From a virus (lineage: Duplodnaviria; Heunggongvirae; Uroviricota; Caudoviricetes): a DNA stretch of 4,838 bases. Under the pieces are notes generated by a model. It was not told the origin of the DNA and searched no databases. It saw nothing but the letters and a program-made list of their open reading frames with translations. The stretch is taken from IMG/VR virus record IMGVR_UViG_2695420804_000009, positions 1-4,838 of that record; one strand, 5' to 3'. Both the position numbers and the translations under genes were made by a program. Within the stretch, counting starts at the first letter, position 1; every line of letters begins with the position of its first letter. Shown piece after piece: positions 1 to 4,838 of the stretch.

Positions 1-34
1 CACGCTGAAAATGCCGGCCTTTGAATGGGTTCAT
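1..34 (-). CDS. tnpA: IS26 transposase (Tnp26), 5' end only; first 11 codons MNPFKGRHFQR, remainder outside window
   Basis: Minus-strand ATG at 34..32, translating leftward as M-N-P-F-K-G-R-H-F-Q-R, the N-terminus I recall for the IS26/IS6 transposase. Absent from the ORF track because it is truncated by the window edge. Confidence 0.8.
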   Translation of the reverse strand, partial: MNPFKGRHFQR

Positions 35-97
35 GTGCAGCTCCATCAGCAAAAGGGGATGATAAGTTTATCACCACCGACTATTTGCAACAGTGCC
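1..97 (-). mobile_element. IS26: IS26 (IS6 family) partial copy: terminal ~97 bp including the 14-bp terminal inverted repeat; element continues beyond the window start
   Basis: The reverse complement of 1..97 reads GGCACTGTTGCAAATAGTCGGTGGTGATAAACTTATCATCCCCTTTTGCTGATGGAGCTGCAC-ATG-AACCCATTCAAAGGCCGGCATTTTCAGCGTG, which matches my recollection of the IS26 left end (IR GGCACTGTTGCAAA followed by the tnp start). The terminal IR occupies + strand 84..97 as tttgcaacagtgcc. Recalled, not searched. Confidence 0.85.
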
Positions 98-153
98 TCC
101 CCCTGAATCAGCATTATGTTGATTATCCCTGCAAGCAGACAAATACCGTTATT

Positions 154-225
154 TTGTGTGAATAACGACACAACTGCGCTTAGCTGTTTGTCAGGCACAA
201 TCACTTCAACATAGGGCGAAGCCTA
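154..225 (+). promoter_or_regulatory. Putative P2-type late promoter (P_F-like) with TGT-N12-ACA activator dyad
   Basis: TGT(155-157)-N12-ACA(170-172) lies within the imperfect palindrome TTGTGTG-N6-GACACAA (154..173). The dyad centre is ~85 bp upstream of the FI start codon, consistent with the roughly -55 placement of the Ogr/Delta site in P2/P4 late promoters. No strong -35 is present, as expected for activator-dependent promoters. The -10 is not confidently assigned (weak candidates around 197..214). Confidence 0.5.
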
Positions 226-248
226 ATCCAATCAGGAGGTTCGCCACT

Positions 249-1421
249 ATGGCTCAGGATTACCACCACGGGGTGCGCGTTGTTGAAGTCAACGAAGGCA
301 CCCGATCTATTACCACGGTGAGCACCGCCATCGTGGGTATGGTCTGCACGGGCGATGATGCCGATGCAAAAATGTTTCCTCTTAATAAACCCGTGCTGAT
401 CACTGATGTGCTGACTGCCAGCGGTAAAGCGGGTGAGTCAGGTACTCTGGCCCGTTCGCTGGATGCCATCGCTGACCAGGCAAAACCCGTGACCATTGTT
501 GTGCGTGTGCCGCAGGGTGAAACGGAAGACGAAACCACGACCAATATCATCGGCGCAGTGACTGCTGAAGGTAAAAAAACAGGTATGAAAGCCCTGTTAT
601 CTGCCCAGTCACAGCTCGGCGTTAAACCGCGCATTCTCGGCGTGCCAGGCCACGACACCAAGGCGGTAGCTACTGAGTTGCTGAGCGTGGCGCAACGCCT
701 GCGTGGATTTGCTTACCTGTCAGCGTATGGCTGCAAGACAGTGCAGGAGGCGATCACTTACCGCGAAAACTTCAGCCAGCGCGAAGGGATGCTGATCTGG
801 CCTGACTTTACTGGTTGGGACACGGTGCTGAATGCCGAAGCAACGGCATATGCCACCGCCCGTGCGCTTGGTCTGCGCGCCAAAATTGACGAGCAGACCG
901 GATGGCACAAAAGCCTGTCCAACGTGGGCGTGAACGGTGTCACCGGAATTTCTGCAGATGTGTTCTGGGATCTGCAGGACCCGGCAACCGATGCAGGTCT
1001 GCTGAACCAGAACGACGTCACCACGCTTGTGCGTAAAGACGGTTTCCGCTTCTGGGGTTCCCGCTGCCTGAGTGATGACCCGCTCTTTGCCTTCGAAAAC
1101 TACACCCGCACGGCGCAGGTGCTGATGGACACGATGGCAGAAGCACACATGTGGGCGGTGGATAAACCGCTTAACCCGTCGCTGGCCCGCGACATTATCG
1201 AAGGTATCCGCGCCAAAATGCGCAGCCTGGTCAGTCAGGGCTATCTCATTGGTGGTGATTGCTGGCTGGATGAGTCGGTGAACGACAAAGACACGCTGAA
1301 AGCCGGAAAACTCACCATCGACTACGACTACACGCCAGTGCCGCCACTTGAAAACCTGATGCTGCGTCAGCGCATCACCGATCAGTACCTGGTGAATTTC
1401 GCCAGCCAGGTCAGCGCGTAA
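249..1421 (+). CDS. FI: P2-like phage tail sheath protein (gpFI family)
   Basis: 390-aa ORF preceded by a strong SD (AGGAGG at 234..239, 9 nt spacer). The translation is closely similar along its length to P2 gpFI as I recall it (e.g. [107 protein letters not shown]). Confidence 0.93.
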   Translation: MAQDYHHGVRVVEVNEGTRSITTVSTAIVGMVCTGDDADAKMFPLNKPVLITDVLTASGKAGESGTLARSLDAIADQAKPVTIVVRVPQGETEDETTTNIIGAVTAEGKKTGMKALLSAQSQLGVKPRILGVPGHDTKAVATELLSVAQRLRGFAYLSAYGCKTVQEAITYRENFSQREGMLIWPDFTGWDTVLNAEATAYATARALGLRAKIDEQTGWHKSLSNVGVNGVTGISADVFWDLQDPATDAGLLNQNDVTTLVRKDGFRFWGSRCLSDDPLFAFENYTRTAQVLMDTMAEAHMWAVDKPLNPSLARDIIEGIRAKMRSLVSQGYLIGGDCWLDESVNDKDTLKAGKLTIDYDYTPVPPLENLMLRQRITDQYLVNFASQVSA

Positions 1422-1430
1422 GGGGACAAC

Positions 1431-1946
1431 ATGGCATTACCACGCAAATTAAAACACCTGAACCTGTTTAACGACGGGAACAACTGGCAGGGGATCGTTG
1501 AGTCGCTGACGCTGCCGAAATTTACCCGCAAATATGAGAAGTATCGCGGCGGCGGAATGCCGGGTGCGGTGGATGTGGATCTGGGGCTTGATGACAGTGC
1601 GCTGGACACAGAATTTTCCATTGGTGGTACTGAATTGCTGCTGTTTAAACAGATGGGTAAAGCCACGGTGGATGGCATCCAGCTGCGCTTTACCGGCTCT
1701 ATTCAGCGTGACGATACCGGGGAAGTGCAGGCCGTGGAGCTTGTCGTGCGTGGACGTCACAAAGAAGTGGATTCCGGCGAGTGGAAGACGGGCGAAAGCA
1801 ACACCACCAAAGTGACCAGTACCAACAGCTACGCGAAGCTGACCATCAATGGTGAGGTGCTCTATGAAGTGGACCTTATCAACATGGTGGAAATTGTGGA
1901 CGGTGTGGACCTGATGGAAGCGCACCGCAACGCCCTCGGCCTCTGA
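1431..1946 (+). CDS. FII: P2-like phage tail tube protein (gpFII family)
   Basis: 171-aa ORF starting 10 nt after the FI stop, with SD AGGGGA at 1421..1426. The translation resembles P2 gpFII (M..PRKLK, TLPK.TRK.E.YRG.GM.G, VDLGLDD.AL, RDDTGE..AVE.V.RGR.KE, IN.VE, HR...GL). Confidence 0.93.
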   Translation: MALPRKLKHLNLFNDGNNWQGIVESLTLPKFTRKYEKYRGGGMPGAVDVDLGLDDSALDTEFSIGGTELLLFKQMGKATVDGIQLRFTGSIQRDDTGEVQAVELVVRGRHKEVDSGEWKTGESNTTKVTSTNSYAKLTINGEVLYEVDLINMVEIVDGVDLMEAHRNALGL

Positions 1947-1957
1947 TATATCTGAAC

Positions 1958-1975
1958 GGCGCGGGATACCGCGCC
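1958..1975 (+). other. GC-rich hairpin in the FII-E intergenic region (7-bp stem GGCGCGG/CCGCGCC, 4-nt loop)
   Basis: ggcgcgg (1958-1964), loop gata, ccgcgcc (1969-1975). It is followed by agaaccc, with no T-tract, so it is not a canonical intrinsic terminator. It could be an RNA stability or processing element, or a translational modulator between the tube and chaperone genes. Confidence 0.4.
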
Positions 1976-2000
1976 AGAACCCAATTGACAGGACAGCAAA

Positions 2001-2285
2001 ATGAGCGATAAGCAGACTGAAAAGACCATTCAACTGGATACCCCCATCAAGCGCGGTAAAACAGAAATCACCGAAATTGTGCTGCGTAAACCGCAGTCCG
2101 GTGCGCTGCGCGGTACACGCCTGCAGGCCATTATGGATATGGATGTAAACGCGATGATGACCGTGATCCCCCGCATCTCCAGTCCGGCACTGACTGCACA
2201 GGAAATTGCAGAGATGGACCCGGCAGATCTCACTGCCATGTCGGTTGAGGTTGTCACTTTTTTGTTGAAGAAGTCGGTGCTTGCC
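2001..2285 (+). pseudogene. E: P2-like gene E (tail assembly chaperone), 3'-truncated; the E' extension is lost
   Basis: The gpE-like N-terminus plus the conserved slippery heptamer are retained, and phage-like sequence ends within ~2265..2295. After a -1 shift the reading frame runs only 26 codons ([13 protein letters not shown]...) before a stop at 2342..2344, far short of the ~55-codon E' extension expected from P2. Confidence 0.7.
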
Positions 2286-2516
2286 GGTTTACCGTATCAG
2301 GCAGAGTTACAGGTTCCGCAGGATATCGCGGTGATTGGCTATGACGATATCGAACTGGCAAGCTTTATGACGCCACCATTAACCACTATCCACCAACCGA
2401 AAGATGAACTGGGGGAGCTGGCGATTGATGTACTCATCCATCGGATAACCCAGCCGACCCTTCAGCAACAACGATTACAACTTACTCCGATTCTGATGGA
2501 ACGCGGTTCGGCTTAG
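2001..2516 (+). CDS. Chimeric 171-aa ORF: N-terminal ~90 aa of a phage tail assembly chaperone (gpE-like) fused in frame to the C-terminal ~75 aa of the ribose operon repressor RbsR (LacI family); probably a non-functional fusion
   Basis: SD AGGA at 1990..1993. The N-terminal part (..[43 protein letters not shown]..) has the gpE / Phage_E character. The C-terminal part ([73 protein letters not shown]) is a LacI-family effector-domain C-terminus consistent with RbsR. No LacI-type N-terminal HTH is present. Confidence 0.6.
2258..2264 (+). other. Programmed -1 ribosomal frameshift slippery site T_TTT_TTG (E/E' recoding signal)
   Basis: TTTTTTG lies in the X_XXY_YYZ register relative to the E frame (codons ACT TTT TTG), at codons 86-88 of E. 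That is the position and sequence type described for the P2 E/E' frameshift. Confidence 0.6.
2286..2516 (+). pseudogene. rbsR: rbsR 3' remnant (ribose operon repressor, LacI family), missing the DNA-binding domain and most of the effector domain
   Basis: The C-terminal LacI-family sequence ends ...LMERGSA* at 2516. Its 35-bp convergent overlap with the hsrA 3' end (2482..2516) matches the rbsR/hsrA arrangement as I recall it in E. coli K-12. The 5' boundary is approximate (junction somewhere in 2265..2295). Confidence 0.8.
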
Positions 2517-3909
2517 ATTTACGCTGTCTTTTGATCAAATTATTACCATCGGTTGTTTTCAGAAGCATGAACATTGCTGCTGAAGCAACAGTAATAATGC
2601 CCATCGTGATAAACGTATAGTGGAATTGTTCGACAGTCGTTGTGCCTTCCATCCCTTCATAAACGCGAAGGACGGCCGCACTTACAGCAACGCCTAAACT
2701 AATCGACAGTTGCTGCGTGACCGCCAGAACACTGTTACCGCTGCTGGCGTTGTCATCGGTCAGATCGGCAAGTGTGATGGTATTCATCGCGGTAAATTGC
2801 GTCGACATAGCCATCCCTAATATAAACAACGGCAAGATCAGCATCCATATCGCCATTGCCGGTGATTGCAAAGAGAACTGAGCGATCATTAGCCCAATAA
2901 TCACCGTGATCCCCACTAACGTATGGCGATAGCCCAGACGACGTAAGACTTGGGTAACCATCGATTTTGCAATAATGGAACCTAACGCTGTCGGTGCCAT
3001 CATACAGCCGGCAATAAACGCCTGATAACCAAATCCTACCTGTAACATCAATGGCATAAGGAACGGTACACAACCGGTCCCCAGACGGGTTGCAATATTG
3101 CCTACGATACCGATCGAGAAAGTGCGGGTTTTAAATAAATCTAATGAAATTAATGGGTTTGGCGTGTGTCGCGCATGGAGAATATAGAGAAGCAGTAACC
3201 CGATGCTGGTGACAATTACCGTCAAGGCAATCCAGCTGGCGACAATCTTTTCCCCGAATAGCTCTATTCCGCTTGAGAAGAGAACAAGGCTGAGGCCAAA
3301 CAGCAAAAAGCCAGTGATATCGAATCTGCGTCGTGCGGTGGTGAAATTGGGCATATGTTTGCGCGCGTAAAGAAGGCCCGCAATACCTATGGGGATATTG
3401 ATTAAAAATATCCAGTGCCAGGTTGCCCAGGTGACCAGCACGCCGCCAAGAACGGGGCCTAAAATTGGCCCCACCAGACCCGGCATGGCGACAAAATTCA
3501 ATACTGGAAGAAGTTCATTACGAGGATAAGCGCGCAGTAAGGCCAGCCGAGCAACAGGCATCATCATTGCGCCGCCTATCCCCTGAATAACCCGGAAGAC
3601 AACCAGCTGTGGTAGCGAATTAGAAAGTGCGCAGGCCAGAGAACCCAATGTGAACAGACTCACGGCAAGGGTAAAAATGCGACGCGTACCGAAGCGATCG
3701 GCTAGCCATCCGCTTACCGGAATAAGCATCGCCACCGTCAGCGTATAACTGATGATGGCTGATTGCATCGCGAGAGGAGAACGATTAAGGCTATGAGCGA
3801 TTGCGGGTAAGGCGGTATTCAGAATAGTGGCATCAAGTGCCTGCATGAAGAAGGCCATCGCCGCGATCCACGGCAAACCCGCCATACTGCGATTCTTTTT
3901 ATCGCTCAT
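2482..3909 (-). CDS. hsrA: MFS (DHA2-type) efflux transporter HsrA/YieO
   Basis: 475-aa ORF, highly hydrophobic with many predicted TM segments. The N-terminus [35 protein letters not shown]... and the overall sequence match my recollection of E. coli HsrA (YieO). SD AGGA ~6 nt upstream of the start on the minus strand. Synteny with yieP and rbsR supports the call. Confidence 0.93.
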
Positions 3910-3931
3910 TCAATGTCCTGTTATCGGGTTG

Positions 3932-4624
3932 TCACTTATCAGGTGAGCGTAGCAGCGCCTGACAAGCTTTAAATGCCGCGTCGCCATCGCTTTGGACAAT
4001 CGCATCGACAATCGCCTGGTGCAGATCCAGCTTTATCACTGTGTCGCTGGTAATTGACGTGAAGTAAGTGTGATAAACCGAATGGAATAGCGAGGCGAAT
4101 GAGGTCAAAAACGGATTGGCGCTCATTTCATAGATATGCTCATGCCAGGCCATATCGACTTCGATCCAGCGTTCACGGCGAAAGTTCTCTTTTAATGCCG
4201 CCATTTCGGCCATTAACGTATTGAGATGCGCCTTCTGTTCCGCGGTGCCAACCGTTGCAGCCAGTAGGCAAGCTTGCGGCTCCAGACAGATACGCATAAC
4301 CAGAAAGTGATCGATGACCTGATGAAAGTTCTCTTCTGTCATCCACCAGGTAAGCAATTCCTGATCAAGAAAATTCCAGTTTGATTGTGGCATGACCCGG
4401 GTACCAATTCGCGGTCGCGGTAAAACCATCCCTTTTGCCGTTAACGTTTTGACCGCTTCGCGTACCGCTGTACGACTCACTCCAAATTGCTCGCCCAGCT
4501 CAATCTCACCAGGCAAAATGGTGCCGGGTTCATATTCACCTTTTAAGATGCGTTGCGCCAGCTTCTCAGCCAGAACATACGAAAGGTTTTTCTGTGCAGC
4601 TAACTGTTGTGCGCTTAAAGGCAT
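3932..4624 (-). CDS. yieP: GntR/FadR-family transcriptional regulator YieP
   Basis: 230-aa ORF with an N-terminal GntR-type winged HTH (..GEYEPGTILPGEIELGEQFGVSRTAVREAVKTL...) and a FadR-like C-terminal domain. SD AGGAAG 8 nt upstream of the ATG on the minus strand. Ends 22 bp upstream of the hsrA start, suggesting a yieP-hsrA operon. Confidence 0.9.
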   Translation of the reverse strand: MPLSAQQLAAQKNLSYVLAEKLAQRILKGEYEPGTILPGEIELGEQFGVSRTAVREAVKTLTAKGMVLPRPRIGTRVMPQSNWNFLDQELLTWWMTEENFHQVIDHFLVMRICLEPQACLLAATVGTAEQKAHLNTLMAEMAALKENFRRERWIEVDMAWHEHIYEMSANPFLTSFASLFHSVYHTYFTSITSDTVIKLDLHQAIVDAIVQSDGDAAFKACQALLRSPDK

Positions 4625-4734
4625 TACTAATCTTCCTTTTTCTTTTTATTCCTCCTTAGTATGCCACCAGGAAGTGTGATTACGGTTGCAAAAACGGCAA
4701 ATTGCTTGTTTTATGGCACATTAACGGGGGTTTT

Positions 4735-4749
4735 GCTGAAAAAATGCGC
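4735..4749 (+). promoter_or_regulatory. Putative Fis binding site I of the rrn P1 promoter (centre about -71)
   Basis: gctgaaaaaatgcgc is a 15-mer with G at position 1, C at position 15 and an A-rich centre. Its centre at 4742 is 71 bp upstream of the inferred P1 start at 4813, matching the known Fis site I position of rrn P1 promoters. Confidence 0.45.
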
Positions 4750-4754
4750 GGTCA

Positions 4755-4813
4755 GAAAATTATTTTAAATTTCCTCTTGTCAGGCCGGAATAACTCCCTA
4801 TAATGCGCCACCA
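4755..4813 (+). promoter_or_regulatory. rrnC P1: Ribosomal RNA operon P1 promoter (rrnC P1 by synteny): UP element, -35, -10, GC-rich discriminator and +1
   Basis: AGAAAATTATTTTAAATTTCCT (UP element, 4755..4776), -35 TTGTCA (4777..4782), 16-bp spacer, -10 TATAAT (4799..4804), discriminator GCGCCACC, +1 A at 4813. This is essentially identical to the classic rrnB P1 core sequence. The transcript leader runs to the window end. Confidence 0.9.
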
Positions 4814-4838
4814 CTGACACGGAACAACGGCAAACACG

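Noticed and set aside
85-120. Possible IS26-driven outward hybrid promoter (-35 TTGCAA in the terminal inverted repeat)
   Set aside because: At 16-18 bp spacing the -10 would fall at about 107..114 (atcagcat), which is a poor match. The better -10-like hexamers (cattat at 112..117, gattat at 121..126) are spaced too far away. No convincing promoter.
260-1148. Minus-strand ORFs of 133, 142 and 88 aa (260..661, 720..1148, 758..1024) inside FI
   Set aside because: They are antisense to the strongly supported tail sheath gene, with low-complexity Ser/Ala/Arg-rich translations typical of spurious frames.
1382-1815. ORFs 1382..1678 (minus strand) and 1534..1815 (plus strand, alternative frame) overlapping FII
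   Set aside because: They overlap the FII coding frame, have Cys/Trp/Arg-rich translations and no start context. Treated as frame artefacts.
249-1946. Sheath/tube pair as part of a type VI secretion system, tailocin or other contractile injection system
   Set aside because: The proteins resemble P2 gpFI/gpFII specifically, not TssB/TssC. They are followed by a gpE-like chaperone with the P2-type frameshift site and preceded by a P2-type late promoter dyad. No baseplate or spike genes are in the window. A degraded prophage tail operon is the simpler explanation.
1958-1975. Hairpin read as a Rho-independent terminator ending the FI-FII transcript
   Set aside because: There is no downstream U-tract, and gene E, which belongs to the same operon in P2-like phages, follows immediately.
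1449-2033. 194-aa minus-strand ORF antisense to FII and the FII-E spacer
   Set aside because: It lies entirely within the well-supported FII gene on the opposite strand, with no recognisable domain or SD. Long antisense ORFs are common in GC-biased coding DNA.
2030-2257. 75-aa minus-strand ORF antisense to the gpE fragment
   Set aside because: Antisense to a recognisable coding frame, with no supporting signals.
2753-3073. 106-aa minus-strand ORF in an alternative frame within hsrA
   Set aside because: Nested out of frame inside the MFS transporter gene, and the transporter frame explains the region.
4392-4679. 95-aa plus-strand ORF overlapping the yieP 5' end and the intergenic region
   Set aside because: Antisense to yieP with no SD. 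The yieP frame, with its clear HTH, explains the coding signal.
1-4838. CRISPR arrays, tRNA or rRNA genes
   Set aside because: No direct-repeat/spacer periodicity and no tRNA-like or rRNA sequence was seen. Only the rRNA operon promoter and the first ~25 nt of its leader are present at the right edge.

Overview
This window is a three-part mosaic. (1) Bases 1-97 are the terminal end of an IS26 (IS6-family) insertion sequence on the minus strand, with the first 11 codons of its transposase running off the left edge. (2) Bases ~98-2285 are a fragment of a P2-like phage late tail operon: a late-promoter-like dyad, tail sheath (FI), tail tube (FII), and the 5' part of the tail assembly chaperone gene E, kept through its TTTTTTG frameshift site and then cut off. 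(3) From ~2286 onward the sequence is an E. coli-type chromosomal locus: the 3' end of rbsR (fused in frame to the gpE fragment), the MFS transporter hsrA, the GntR-family regulator yieP, and a ribosomal RNA P1 promoter. I read this as a decayed prophage remnant and IS-mediated rearrangement that has disrupted rbsR, not as a complete new system. An orphan sheath/tube pair with no baseplate, tape measure or activator in view is not a functional contractile apparatus by itself. All identifications are from reading the translations and motifs against recalled sequences; no database search was run.
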